From Squalus acanthias (lineage: Eukaryota), in NCBI GenBank assembly GCA_030390025.1, contig CM059433.1:31064001-31128000 (forward strand): a DNA stretch of 64,000 bases, read 5' to 3'. The translations under genes and the position numbers were made by a program. The notes under the pieces were generated by a model, which was given only the letters and a program-made list of their open reading frames with translations, was not told the origin of the DNA and made no database searches. Each line of letters starts with the position of its first letter. Within the stretch, counting starts at the first letter, position 1. Of the stretch, positions 36,880 through 50,900 are shown piece by piece.

Positions 36880-38800
36880 ACATAGGAATTGCTAGACGGA
36901 AAAAGACCCTGGTCCATCTAGTTCGCCTTCTACCATCCTGGTAGTCGCTTGGTACAACAATAATGGAGTTGTTGACTAATAATAGCAATCAATCTCGATC
37001 AGTTAGTCTACAACAGACCCAGACATGAGGTGAGGAAAAATCCAGTGGTGAGAATTTTTGGGAACCATAGATCCAAAGTCACTTTTTTCAGTCCAAGCAT
37101 GCTACACTCACCACATGTCAAGTCTCAAATTACTCATACTTTTTAAAAATTCGTTTTTATGGGATGTGGGCATCGTTGGCAAGGCCAGCATTTATTGCCC
37201 ATCCCTAATTGCCCTTGAGAAGGTGGTGGTGAGCCGCCTTCTTGAACCGCTACAGTCTGTGTGGTGAAGGTACTCCCACAGTGCTGTTAGGGAGGGAGTT
37301 CCAGGATTTTGACCCAGTGACGATGAAGGATCGGCGATATACTTCTAAGTCAGGATGGTGTGTGACTTGGAGGGGAATGTGGAGGTGGTGGTGTTCCCAT
37401 GTGCCTGCTGCCCTTGTCCTTCTAGGTGGAAGAGGTCGCGGGTTTGGGAGGTGCTGCCGAAGAAGCCTTGGCGAGTTGCTGCAGTGCATCTTGTAGATGG
37501 TACACACTGCAGCCACGGTACGCCGGTGGTGGAGGGAGTGAATGTTTAAGGTGGTGGATGGGGTACCAATCAAGCGGGCTGCTTTGTCCTGGATGGTGTT
37601 GAGCTTCTTGAGTGTTGTTGGAGCTGGACTCATCCAGGCAAGTGGAGAGTATTCCATCACACTCCTTACTTGTGCCTTGTAGATGGTAGAAAGGTTTTGG
37701 GGAGTCAGGAGGTGAGACACTCGCCGCAGAATACCCAGCCTCTGACCTGCTCTTGTTGCTCTTGTATTTATGTGGCTGGTCCAGTTAAGTTTCTGGTCAA
37801 TGGTGACCCCCAGGATTTTGATGGTGGGGGATTCAGCGATGGTAATGTCATTGAATATCAAGGGGCAGTGGTTTGACTCTCACTTGTTGGAGATAGTCAT
37901 TGCCTGGCACTTCTGTGGCGCAAATGTTACCTGCCACTTATCAGCCTATGCCTGAACGTCGTCCAGGTCTTGTTGCATGCGGGCATGGACTGCTTCATTA
38001 TCTGAGGAGCTGTGAATGGCACTGAACACTGTGCAGTCATCAGCAAACATCCCCATCTGTATCCCAAAATTTTATTTTTTGAGCAAAATTTATCTAATTT
38101 GCTTCTGAATGAATCAATACTAACTGCTTCCACCGTCTCCCTGGGGAACCTGTTCCATAGATTGACCACTCACTCACTGAAATAACAATTCCACAGATTA
38201 GTTTTGAATTTCCCCCCTTCAAGGGCAGGCTGTGTCCTCTGGTTCTGCTGTTCTGGACAAGGTGAAACAGCTTGTCATGGTCTACATTATCTAGTCCCTT
38301 TAGAATCCTAAAAGCAGCAATAATATTCTCTTTCCAACTTCTCTTTTCCAACAAGAACATGCCCAATTTACGTAATCGCTCGTCATAATCCAATCCTTCC
38401 AACCCCTACGTCAGTCTGGTTGCTCTCTTCCGTACCTTTCAATAGCTGTAATATTCTTTCTGTACTGAGGTGACCAGAACTGTACACAGTGTTCTAAGTG
38501 CGGGCGCACCAATGATTTATAAAGTGCCAGGATTACCTCACTATTTCAGCTCAATATTGACCTTTTAATACATCCCAACATCTGATTTTCTTCACTCACT
38601 GCCATTGAGCATTGTTGCGATAGCATTAATTTATTGTCAATCAGGACCCCCAGATCTCTTTCATTTTCCATGCACATTATTCTCTTTCCATTTAAGCAGC
38701 AGTCACTTGTGGATTTTTTTTTGTCCCCATGTGAAGCACTTTGCATTTCTGTACAATGAGTTTCATTAGCCTAATTCTCACGTATATTCAACTCCCCCTG
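36880..38800 (-). mobile_element. Old CR1 fragment (36880-37140 and 38056-38800) split by a younger LINE
   Basis: Minus ORFs ERDLGVLIDNKL..MLGCIKRSI and GLDYDERLRKLGMF..RTRGHSL; CR1-like 3' UTR at 36880-36940. Confidence 0.7.
37142..38055 (-). mobile_element. CR1-group LINE 3' fragment (same family as 47975-52365)
   Basis: ORF 37250-37861: ILGVTIDQKLNWTSHI..IYKAQVRSVMEYSPLAW..WNSLP. Confidence 0.88.
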
Positions 38801-39371
38801 TAGCTTATCCTGTTCAGCTTCATTTGCGTTGTATCACCTACTGTAAACGTGTGATCCTGCATGCTCTTCTTCCCCCTACATGCTCGCTGTGTATGATTTC
38901 CTGTCGCCGCTGTTCATCTAAATTGCTCATCTTACATTCCCTTGCACATAGTTTTTAGACAGGCATTAAGCTGTTTAAAATAAATGAGTGAAGTAAATAG
39001 CTTACCAAAAAATATCACCCAGAGGTATGTAGTCCAAGTGTGTTAAACATTCGTACATGAACATTGGCAATTGAAAATTATACCCTACAGAGTATTATAT
39101 CAATAACCCTACACTATCTGATTTAAAGTGTTATTGTAACACATGATTTTAAGTACACTGATATTAATTTTATTATGCTGCACTCTATGGTGAACAGAGT
39201 GCCTATGGATAGAATTCATAAGGAATTTAATGGGAACATCCTTCCAATTATTTATTTATAATAAATAGTGGGAGTGACTTTTAACTTCACGCCCAACATA
39301 GGTGGCAAGTCAGCTTTGGATGGACTGAACCATTTTCAGGTCCGGGCATCACCAGCATAGTTCAGGTAAAG

Positions 39372-39836
39372 GCTCGAGGAACAGCACCTCATCTTTCGAT
39401 TAGGAACTTTACAGCCTTCTGAACTCAACATCAAGTTCAACAATTTCAGACTATAACCTCGGCCTCTATTTTTCTTTTTTTTTCTTTATTCCTTTTTTTT
39501 CCTCTCACATGACAGATGTTGGTGATTCTGCCATTGCCATTTGCACCAATCTCTAGTCATCTTTTGTTTCTTAACTTGTCCCATTACCATCTCCTTTTGC
39601 CTTGCACCATCATCCCTTTTGTCTTTTAATCTCTCCTGCCTTCCAGCTTATCACAGACCTTCCCTTTGTTCTTTCTTCCACTCCCCCCTTTCCCTGCCCC
39701 TACACTTGCTTAAAAATCTGTTATAACTCTAACTTTTTCCAGTTCTGATGAAGGGTCATCGACCTGAAACGTTATCTGTGTTTCTCTCTCCACGATGCTG
39801 CCTGACCCGCTGAGTGTTTCCAGCATTTTCTGTTGT
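39372..39836 (+). mobile_element. Penelope-like element 3' fragment with a TSD of about 14 bp
   Basis: GIY-YIG C-terminus RLEEQHLIFRLGTLQPSELNIKFNNFRL* (39370-39456); flanked by TAGTTCAGG(T/C)AAAG at 39358-39371 and 39837-39850. Confidence 0.82.
39740..39778 (+). ncRNA. Minimal type I hammerhead ribozyme motif of a Penelope-like element (possibly degenerate)
   Basis: cagtt-CTGATGA-aGGGTC atc GACCT-GAAA-CG-TT-atctg: core boxes, stem II, palindromic AACGTT stem III, stem I with 4 of 5 pairs. Confidence 0.65.
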
Positions 39837-40334
39837 TAGTTCAGGCAAAGCTGTCCAGCGCTTCATGAGTGGGGGTCAATAATCCAACGGCCCCGTGAGC
39901 AAGCCGAGCCAGAGGTCGGGACAAAAAGTGGGGGGGGGGAGTGGGGGGAAGGGAGACAGATCGGGGAGGTCTACCCAGTGGCTAGCAGTGGAGCACAGTA
40001 TTTTAATCTACCCCCCACCCCCGACCAAAAAGAAGTTCCAGGCCCTTTTTGGAGCAGCCTCCAGTGGTCCCTTCAGAACCGTTGTTTAGGCCACTCGATG
40101 CCTGGTACAAATGAATGGAGTCTGCATGGTGCATGCTCCGCCCTTTCGTATCTAAATTGTAAATGGGGCCCTGCAACCATCGTAGGACACTGATTTGCAT
40201 ATGTAAGCAGCCTCCAGCCTGCTTTGGACAGGTCTTCTCTGCACCCATTTACAAGCCCACCTGAAAATTGCATCAGGAAGCATCCAAGAGGTTGACTGAG
40301 GTGCCCATATATTTAAATATGGCTCTCACCTTCT

Positions 40335-41210
40335 GGTATAGGAACAGGAATAGGGTATTCAGCCCCTCGAACCTGTTCCACCATTCAATTAGATCATGGT
40401 TGCTCTGTATCTTAACTCCATCTACCCGCCTCGGTTCCATAACCCTTAATACCTTACCTAACAAAAATCTATCAATCTCAGTTTTGAAATTTTCATTTGG
40501 CCCCCAGCCTCAACAGCTTTTTGGGGAGAGACTCCCAGATTTCCACTACTCTTTGTTTGAAGAAGTGCTTCCTGACATCAGGCCTGAACAGCCTAGCTCT
40601 AATTTTAACGTTGTGCCCCATTGTTCTGGACTCCCCCACCAGAGGAAATAGTTTCTCTCTATCCTATCAAATCCTTGAATCATCTTAAAACCTCAGTTGG
40701 ATCACATCTTAACCTTCTATACTCAAGGGAATACAAGCCTAGTCTATGCAACTGGTCCTCATAATTTAACCCTTTTAGCCCTGGTATCATTCTGGTGAAT
40801 CTGCTGTACCCTCTTCAAGGCCAATGTAGCCTTCCTGAGGTGCGGGGCCCAGAACTGAACGCAGTACTCCAGATGGGGTCTAACCAGAACTCTGTACAGC
40901 TGTAACATAACTTCCACCCCTTTGTAATCCAGCCCTCTTGAGATAAAGGTTATCATTCCATTAGCCTTTTAAAATACTTTTTGTATCTGTCCACTAGCCT
41001 TTAATGATTTCTGTACTTGGACCCCTAAATCTCTCTGCTCCTCCACAGTTCCTAACTTCTCACCATTTAGAAAATACTTTAATCTATCTTTCTTACGTCC
41101 AAAGTGGAAGACCTCACACATTTCCACTTGAACTCCATCTGCCACAGTTTTGCCCACTCACTTAATCTATCAATGTCCCTTTGCAACGTTCTGCTCCCAT
41201 CTACACTCCT
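40335..41210 (-). mobile_element. CR1 LINE 3' fragment
   Basis: EEQRDLGVQVQKSLK, LYRVLVRPHLEYCVQFWAPH and 3' UTR. Confidence 0.88.
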
Positions 41211-41394
41211 GATGTTAGGTAAAGAGCGGGGGTGTCATGGGGGTGGGGGGCGTGGTTGGTGGGCAGGTTTCACACCAGTCTTCAACAGCTGACCCCTGAC
41301 AGCTGCAGTACATCACTGAACTGTGTTGGACTTACCCCGGGCATAGTGACAGTCCAGATATGGGAGACTCGGGAGGTGTCTTGCCATATTGGCT

Positions 41395-41590
41395 TAGAAT
41401 CATAGAATCACAGAATGGTTATAGCACAGAAGGAGGCCATTCGGCCTGTCGAGCCTGTGCCAGCTCTTTGCAAGAGCATTTCAGCTAGTACCACTCCCCC
41501 ACCCTTTCCTCGTAGCCCCGCCATTTTTTTTCCTTCAGGTAATTATCCAATTCTCTTTCGAAAGCCACGGTTGAGTCTGCCTCCACCACC
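41395..41590 (-). mobile_element. CR1 3' terminus with (ATTCTATG)n-type tail
   Basis: TAGAATCATAGAATC tail; related to 63620-63950. Confidence 0.75.
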
Positions 41591-42337
41591 TTTTTAGGCT
41601 TCACTTTAACATACTTACACGAGGCCAGTGCATTGCAGCGGGACAGCCATGGAAGGGTGAGGAAGCATGGGGGGAGGGGACCGGAGGCAGGGGACGACGA
41701 CATGGGAGTTGGACAGTCATGACTTCCACCTGATTTTCTTTGCAAAAAAAATGTTGCTAACGCTATTCCATGTGGCGGAAACGATAAGGAAATTCACCCT
41801 CTATGTTTAATGTTATGGCGCAGCAGGGACGGTAATTTGCCTTTGTTTCTTTGTAACTGAAAAAGAGTCATCATTCATTAGTGTCTCAGGTCCAAATCAG
41901 TTGTGATTCACAATGCTATTTCTCTTGAGTAAAAGAAAGTCTCCAAAATGCCGGCAGTCAGCAGTCAGTTTATTGTAACACCATTATTGATAGGTTTTGG
42001 AAATAACATTCTGAATGTGTCACACCATGATGACTCATCACAATGCCATATACAATAGGTTATTAATTTCACTGCAATGACTATCACGCCATCAACCAAT
42101 GCCCAAAGGATAACTCAAAGGTAATAAGCTGATGTTTCCTTCACTGATCTGAGATCAGTGCTTCTTCAAACTCTCACAGGGAAATCTTTAAAAAAAAACA
42201 CAAATAAGGCAGCAGTGCCCCCTTTATCACCACCACCCCCCCCCCCGCCCCCCACACCGCTCCACCACGCCCAACAGGAAGCGGGGGGTCACAGTACGAT
42301 ACAGTAGTGCCAATTATCCATGCAGCATACCCTGTGA

Positions 42338-42780
42338 GTGTGGTAGCACTCTCGCCTCTGAGCCAGAAGGTGGTGGGTTCAAGTCCCACTCCAGAACCTT
42401 GAGCAGAACGTCTAGACAGACGCTCCAGTGTAGTACTGAGGGAGCGCTACACTATTGGTGGTGTCATATTTCAGATCAGCCTTTAAACAGGGTCTGCCCT
42501 CTCAGGTGCACGTAAAAGATCCCACGGTACTGTTTCGAAGAAGAGCAGGGGAGTTTTCCCCGGTGTCCTGGCCAATATTTATCCCTCAATCAACTCCTAA
42601 AACAGATGATCTGGTCATTTATCTCATTGCTGTTTGTGGGACTTTGCTGAGCGCAAATTGGCTGCCGCGTTTCATACATTACAACAGTGATGACACTTCA
42701 AAAGCACTTCAATGGCTGTAAAAGATTTTGGGATGTCCTGAGGTCATGAAAGACACTATACAAATGCAAGTCTTTCTTTT
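42338..42780 (+). mobile_element. Deu-domain SINE, near full-length
   Basis: B box GGGTTCAAGTCCC, body and tail. Confidence 0.85.
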
Positions 42781-44244
42781 AGTCACTGCACTGCATGTGA
42801 AGCACTTTGAGTCATTTCAGGGAGATGTGTAATCAAGGTGCCTATATAAATGCTAATCTTCCTTTTTTAAGTGGGTTTTGCAGGCAGTGTCATACTGGTG
42901 TATGGATCTCATGGATCTCTATTAACTAATGCGCTTTTGATATTTACACCGTAGACAACTGCAAAGAAAATATTGCAAAATATTCAAATATGAAGTTTTT
43001 CAGGTGACATGTTCGGAAAACTCACGGATACCTTGCTCCCAGCCGGGAACTGCAGGGTCACAGAATCAGAATCACATAGTTTCTAACCCTTTCTCTGCTC
43101 TGCGCTTTCCTTGGGTGCAGCTCCCCACTGGGAGCATGGGATCGGTGGCTTCACGCTAGCGTTTCCAATAGACACTAACCAGTCCATAGAGTGGAGTGTG
43201 GGACAAACAGAATTGTGATGTCAGGAGCTAGAAAGTAGCAAATTCCTAAAAAATATACAGGCCTGGTTTAATGAAGAAAGTTAATTACATACTTTTCACA
43301 AGATGGTACCATTTTAGTAAATCTCCTCTGCACCCTCGCTAAGGCCTTGACATTCTTCCTAAAGTGTGGTGCCCAGAATCAGCCACAATACTTCAGCTGG
43401 GGCCTAACCAGTGCTTTATAAAGGTTTAGCATAACTTCCTTGCTTTTGTACTCTATGCCTGCTATGCTGTATAGCATCAGCTAATTCTGCCAGAACAGAA
43501 TAAAGGAATGGAGTTGTGAAGTGTCTATTTAAAATGCATGGACAGCAGGACCCAGAGTCACTTGAATCCACTCTTTAAGCATCGAACCTAAGATCTCCCA
43601 GGGCCAAACTGGGAAACCACTCAGAATGTAACCCAAAAGGCCTGGCCACAAATATATCTAATGAATAATATTATCCGTTATTAGTTTGAAGTTTTTTCTC
43701 CTGTTTCGCTGAGGTTTTTTTTCCAGAATTGTTTGCTTTATTCCATCAGTATGAATTGTTTGATTATTATTCATATCTAGTCTAGTTTGCCTTCAGAAAA
43801 CAACTGGATCTGCCAGTGGGACTTCAGTGTATGAGCTGTTTTAATACTCTGATAATTGTACTAAAATAAACACTTAAAAAGATAAATTCTTGCTGTAACA
43901 AGAAGCACCGCACTCCAAATGGTAATTCAATAAGTGGGAAATGCTTTTGGGATGTGATAAGTTGATGTAAAAATGGAAATTCCTTCTTTATATCTACTGC
44001 TCTATTCTTCATGGATGGCAATCTGTGAACCTTTGGTGGCAGTATTAGCTGCAGAAGATTGCAGCCGGTGACAATTATTCACTGCTCTCTGTGTAAGTAC
44101 AGCAAGATAATACGACAGCTGAAAGCGACAATTATGATTAAAGTGCTGCTTATTTTAGTTCAACAATTGCACCGAAGGGAAGAAAATCTTTCCTCCAACA
44201 TAACCATAACATAATCACCTTCAAATTTACAATGGGTCTCATCA

Positions 44245-45250
44245 AACAACAACCACTTGCATTTATATAGCATCTTTAACGTGGCAAAACAACGCAAGGC
44301 GCTTCACAGGAGTGATTATCAAACAAAATTTGACACCGAGACACATAGGAGATATTAGGACAGGTGACCAAAAGCTTGGTCAAAGAGGTAGATTTTAAGG
44401 AGCTTCTTAAAGGAGGAGAGAGAGGTAGAGAGGCAGAGAGGTTTAGGGAGGGATTTCCAGATCTTAGGGCCTAGGCAGCTGAAGGCACGGCCACCAATGC
44501 AGGAGCGATGGAAATCGGGGATGCGCGAGAGGCCAGATTTGGAGGAGCACAGAGATAGGGAGGGGGCGAGGGCATGGAGGGATTTGAAAACAATTCACCA
44601 TTAGTTTGGAGGCTAAGGGGGGCATTTTGTAACTGCTGCCTGCCTGTTTCTTGCCTGAATAAAATGGCGGAAGACCAAAGAAAATCGGGGACTGGGGGGT
44701 GTTGGGGGAGACCTTGGCCCACCCCTTTGACGCCTAAGGCCCGCCTAATGCATTTTTCAGGCAGGCATGTAAATAGGCACACCTTTTTCAGGCGGGAGAC
44801 TGTTAAATATGCCAAACAGATGCCATTATAGGACCCCAATAGCAATTTTGAAGTACGTGCAGCACACACTCCGCCCATTTATAGCAGGCGGTGAGCAGTC
44901 TAACCAGGGGCCTTTAAAGGGACTGCTAGCAGTCGCTCCATAAAAGGACCCCAAGCCTCTTTTTCTTTTAGTTATGTGGGGCCTGCTCCTCCTGGCTCCA
45001 CAAAAATACCATGACCTGCTGCTGGTCCATGCTCAACCCCCCTTTGCGATCACCAGCCCCCCCACCATCCCTCCCCCCCTGGGTTGTAAGGCTGGAGCAA
45101 GCTACAAGGATAGGTTGGACTGAGGCCATGAAGGGATTTAAACACAAGGGTGGGAATTTTTTTAAATTTGATGTGTTGGGGGAGCTGGGAGCCAGTGTAG
45201 GTCAGTAGGCACAGGGATGATGGGTGAACGGGACTTGGTGCGGGATATAT
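44245..45250 (-). mobile_element. L2 LINE 3' fragments (44245-44592 and 45080-45250) with a MITE-like insert between them
   Basis: Matches the L2 at 55602-56070; the insert begins taa|GGGGGCATTTT at about 44617. Confidence 0.65.
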
Positions 45251-45274
45251 TAGTTTCGGCAGTAACAGCAGATA

Positions 45275-45697
45275 AGAAAGAACTTGCATTTATACTGCGC
45301 CTTTCACCCGCTCAGGACATCCCAAAATGAAGTAGTCACTGTTGTAATGCAGGGAAACGCGGCAACCAAATTGCACACAGCCAGCAAACAGCAATGAGAT
45401 AAATGACCAGATAATCTGTTTTAATTATGTTTTATTGACCAGGACACTGGGGAGAAGTCCCCTGCTCTTCTTCAAATAGTGCCATGGAATCTTTTACGTC
45501 TGCCTGAGCGGGCAGATGGGCCTCAGTTTAACGTCTCGTCTGAAAGACGGCACCTGCGACAGTGCAGCGCTCCCTCAGTACTACACTGGAGTGTCAGCCT
45601 GGATTATCTGCACAAGTCTCTGGAGAAGGACTTGAACCCACAGCCCCCTGACTCAGAGGCAAGAACACTGCCAACAGAACCATGGCTATGATGACAC
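45275..45697 (-). mobile_element. Deu-domain SINE
   Basis: Reverse complement of the family consensus. Confidence 0.85.
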
Positions 45698-46084
45698 TTA
45701 ATACAGCATTGGTCTGTCTCTGTATTACTCTAAGGGTTAAAATATTGGATATGAATGCATTAAGCCATCCACTGTTATTGGCAGTAGTAATTTCTAGCCT
45801 ACAATCTTGATCTTTATCTGCAGTGCAATAAGGTGCCTGGGACCAGTCGATACTACACAGGAGCCACGTTAACAGAATGAAGTTTGTAATATATGTATAA
45901 AATTCTGCAGCATGTTTTTTTCCTATAACCTTCTCAGACTTTGAATTAAATCGAACAGTTTTTTTTCTCTGATTCGGTTATGTGAACAGCTGCTTAATAA
46001 TGATGTTGGGAGAGTGAAATCAGCTCAGACAACTGACGGCAATGCTTTCTGAAGTTAATTATGTTTGCATTTCCTTCTCCCTCA

Positions 46085-46210
<126 letters not shown>

Positions 46211-47499
46211 TTAAAGAAAGGGGAGAACGGTGGGAGGGGAGGAAGAAAAAAAAAAGAGGAATTGTCAGTCGGAGTGAGAGAAATGAATTGTCAAGTTGTA
46301 GGTCTTTTGGGTGTGCAGCAAATATCCCAAAGCATTTGTGATCAGAAGCAGGACTGAATCAGTCAAAACAGGAACCTACATAAATTACTGCCAGGATGGA
46401 TTTATTTCACCACACCATACACCACCGCATCCACTCGCTGAATCGCTAAACACACACTAATCTTCCAGAGGAGTGGCCCTGTTTCTGAAACTTATTTTGA
46501 TGCTGCAGAACTTGGCTTTGGGGTTAGGCTGACAGGCAGTGCCTCAGCATTCCATTCTGGTCATAATTTAAGATATAAAGGCAGGATGGAGGGTTGGGAG
46601 TAAATCACATGCAGGTAAGGGCCAACGGCTCAGACAGAAAATATCGCTGACTGGAAAAACTCACCAGTGAAACCAGCCAGGCAGTTGCATTCATAACTAT
46701 TAATGAGGTCGATACATGTTGCTTTGTGGAGACAGGGAGATGAGTGACATTCATTTATGTTGATTTCACAGTAGATACCTGTAGCGCAGGGAAGGAAAGA
46801 GATATTTCATTAATTCCCATGCCATCCAATTATAAATAAACATGTCTACAGCACTTACACTGAGGACGCCTCAACCATTACCCCTACTGTTAGCTCCTGT
46901 TTTGAGAATCACAGTTTTTTGTTTTGGTCTTTGTAAAGTGTGACTTTGAAAGTCATTTGTTGTAGTCTCACAGTGATTTGCCAGCGTCCACAATGCATGT
47001 TGGGCCAAACTGTCACGAGATTGATTCATATGGCTTCAGGCAGCCAATTTCCTTATCAATTTATATCAATAAAGTGGACGAAAATGGAAATGGCATTGAG
47101 ATGTAATAGGATGCATTTTGGATGACATGAAGGGAGCTTTCTCCCTCTGTTGCTGATAACGGAATAAGTGAACTCTTCCGAAATGAAAAATTAAATTTGG
47201 CATGGATGCAAAGGCGATTTCTCAGAAAGAGAAAAATTAATTACCTGGCACATGACTATAAGGAATTAAAATTAAATTCAAACAGTATGCTAATTTTTTT
47301 TAAAGCCAAAATACACAGTCAAGTAATATGACACAATTATGAAAACAATCATAGGTTGGAGGAATCTGTATAACTAAAAGTCATCCCAATGTATGTTGGT
47401 AGGGTCATGTGTCTCAAAGACATCGCACCTTAAAATGGGGCCTTAGAAGGGTCATATCTCAAAGTATTGTACATCAGAGGGGTGAATAAATGCCTTTGT

Positions 47500-47960
47500 T
47501 ACCTCTAATCTCGACTATTCCAATGCTTTCCTGGCTGGCCTCCCACCTTGCACCCTCCGTAAACTTGAGCTCATCCAAAAATCTGCTGCCTGTACCTTAA
47601 CTCGCACCAAGACCCATTCACCCATCACCCCTGTGCTCGCTAACTCCCAGTCTGGCAATATCTTAATTTTGAAATTCATACCCTTGTTTTCAAATTCCTC
47701 CATGGCCTTGCCTGTAATCTCCTCCAGTCCAACAACCCACCGAGATCTTTACGCTCCTTCAATTCTGGCCTCTTGCAGATCCCTGATTTTAATCACTCTA
47801 CCATTGGCGTCTGTGCCTTCAGTTGCCTGGGCCCAAAGCTCTGGAATTCTCTCACTAAATCTCTCTGTCTCTCTTACCTCTCTCTCCTCCTTGAAAACGC
47901 TCCTTAAAATCTACCTCATCACCTGTCCTAATATCTCCTTATGTGGCTCGATGTCAAATT
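47500..47960 (+). mobile_element. L2 LINE 3' fragment
   Basis: DYSNAFLAGLP..LRKLELIQKSAA..LTRTK..SPITPVL. Confidence 0.8.
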
Positions 47961-47974
47961 TTTTTAATTTTGTT

Positions 47975-50900
47975 TTTATTCATTTATGGGATCTGGGCGT
48001 CACTGGCAAGGCCAGCATTTATTGCCCATCCCTAGTTGCCCTTGAGAAGGTGGTGGTGAGCCACCTTCTTGAACAGCTGCAGTCCGTGTGGTGTTGGTAC
48101 TCCCACAGTGCTGTTAGGTAGGGAGTTCCAAGATTTCGACCCAGCGACGATGAAGGATCGGCAATATATTTCTAAGTCAGGATGGTGTGTGACTTGGAGG
48201 TGGTGGTGTTCCCATGCGCCTGCTGCCCTTGTCCTTCTAGGTGGAAGAGGTCGCAGGGTTGGGAGGTGCTGCCGAAGAAGCCTTGGCGAGTTGCTGCAGT
48301 GCATCTTGTAGATTGTACACACTGCAGCCACGGTACGCTGGTGGTGGAGGGAGTGAATGCTTCAGGTGGTGGATGGGGTGCCAATCAAGCGGGCTGCTTG
48401 TCCTGGATGGTGTCGAGCTTCTTGAGTGTTGTTGGAGCTGCACTCATCCAGGCAAGTGGAGAGTATTCCATCACACTCCTTACTTGTGCCTTGTAGATGG
48501 TAGAAAGGTTTTGGGGAGTTAGGAGGTGAGACACTCGCCGCAGAATACCCAGCCTCTGACCTGCTCTTGTTGCTCTTGTATTTATGTGGCTGGTCCAGTT
48601 ACGTTTCTGGTCAATGGTGACCCCCAGGATTTTGATGGTGGGGGATTCGGTGATGGTAATGCTATTGAATGTCAAGGGGCAGTGGTTAGACTCTCACTTG
48701 TTGGAGATAGTCATTGCCTGGCACTTCTGTGGCACGAATGTCACCTGCCACTTATCAGCCCAATCCTGAACGTCGTCCAGGTCTTTTTGCATGCGGGCAT
48801 GGACTGCTTCATTATCTGTGGAGTTGTGAATGGCGCTGAACACTGTGCAGTCATCAGCAAACATCCCCATTTCTGACCTTATGTTGGAGGGAAGATGGTT
48901 GGGCCTAGGACACTGCCCTGAGCAACTCCTGCAGCGATGTCCTGGGGCTGTGATGATTGACCTTCAACCACCACAACCATCTTCCTTTGTGCTAGGTATG
49001 ACTCTAGCCAGTGGAGCGTTTTCCCCCTGATTCCCATTGACTTCAGTTTTACTAGGGCTCCTTGATGCCAGACTTGATCAAATGCTGCCTTGATGTCAAG
49101 GGCAGTCACTCTCACCTCACCTCTGGAATTCAGTTCCTTTGTCCATGTTTGGACCAAGGCTGTAATGAGTTCGGGAGCTGAATGGTCTTGGCGGAACCCA
49201 AACTGGGCATCAGTGAGCAGGTTATTGGTGAGTAAGTGTCGCTTGATAGCACTGTCGATGACACCTTCCATCACTTTGCTGATGATTGAGAGTAGACTGA
49301 TGGGGCGGTAATTGGCTGGGTTGGATTTTTTCTGCTTTTTGTGGACAGGACATACCTCATAGAGTCAGAGTCATAGAGTTATACAGCACAGAAAGAGGCC
49401 CTTCGGCCCATTGTGTCCGCGCCGGCCATCAAGCCCTGTCTATTTTAATCCCATTTTCCAGCACTTGGTCCGTAGCCTTGTATGCTATGGCGTTTCAAGT
49501 GCTCATCTAAATGCTTCTTGAATGTTGTGAGGGTTCCTGCCTCTACCACCCTTTCAGGCAGTGAGTTCCAGATTCCAACCACCCTCTGGGTTAAAAAGTT
49601 TTTCCTCAAATCCCCTCTAAACCTCCTGCCCCTTACCTTGAAACTATGCCCCCTGGTTATTGACCCCTCTACTAATGGGAAAAGTTCCTTTCTATCTACC
49701 CTATCTATGCCCCTCATAATTTTGTACACCTCAATCAGGTCCCTGCTCAGCCTTCTCTGCTCTAAGGAAAACAACCCCAGCCTGTCCAGTCTCTCTTCAT
49801 AGCTGAAGCGCTCCAGCCCAGTTAACATCCTGGTGAATCTCCTCTGCACCCTCTCCAATGCAATCACATCCCTCCTATAGTGTGGCGACCGGAACTGCAC
49901 ACAGTATTCCAGCTCTGGCCTAACTAGCATTTTGTACAGCTCCATCATAACCTCCCTGTTTTTATATTCTATGCCTCAGCTAATGAAGGCAAGTATCCCA
50001 TATGCCTTTTTAACCACCTTATCTACTTGTCCTGCTGCCTTCAGGGATCTATGTACATGCACACCAAGGTCCCTCTGATCCTCTGTCCTTCCTAGGATCC
50101 TACCATTCATTGTGTATTCCCTTGCCTTGTTTGTCCTCCTAAAATGCATCACCTCACACTTTTCAGGGTTAAATTCCATTTGCCACTGTTCTGCCCATCT
50201 AACCATCCCGTCTATATCGTCCTGTCGCCTGAGGCTTCCCTCCTCGCTATTTACCACTCCACCAATTTTCGTGTCATCTGCGAACTTACTGATCATACCT
50301 CCTACATTCATATCTAAATCATTAATGTACACTACAAACAGCAAAGGCTTCCAGTCACAAAAACAACCTTCGACCATCACCCTCTGCCTCCTGCCACTAA
50401 GCCAATTTTGGATCCAATGTGCCAAATTGCCCTGGATCCCATGGGCTCTTACCTTCTTGACCAGTCTCCCATGTGGGACTTTGTCAAATGCCTTACTGAA
50501 GTCCATGTAGACTACATCAACTGCACTACCCTCATCCACACACCTAGTCACCCCCTCGAAAAATTCAATCAAATTGGTCAGACATGATCTCCCCCTGACA
50601 AAGCCATGCTGACTATCCCTATACCTGGGCAGTTTTCCACATTGTCGGATAGATGCCAGTGTTGTAGCTGTACTGGAACAGCTTGGCTAGAGGCGCGGCT
50701 AGTTCTGGAGCACAAGTCTTCTGCACAATAGCCAGGACCCATAGCTTTTGCTGTATCCAGTGCACCCAGCCATTTCTTGATATCACGTGGAGTGAATCGA
50801 ATTGGCTGAAGACTGGCTTCTGTGATGGTGGGGACCTCGGGAATAGGCCGATATGGATCATCCACTCGGCACTTCTGGCTGAAGTTGGTTGCAAACGCTT

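Noticed and set aside
43025..43083. Short minus-strand segment ending in a GTGAGT donor
   Set aside because: The acceptor lacks a pyrimidine tract and the peptide has no EGF character.
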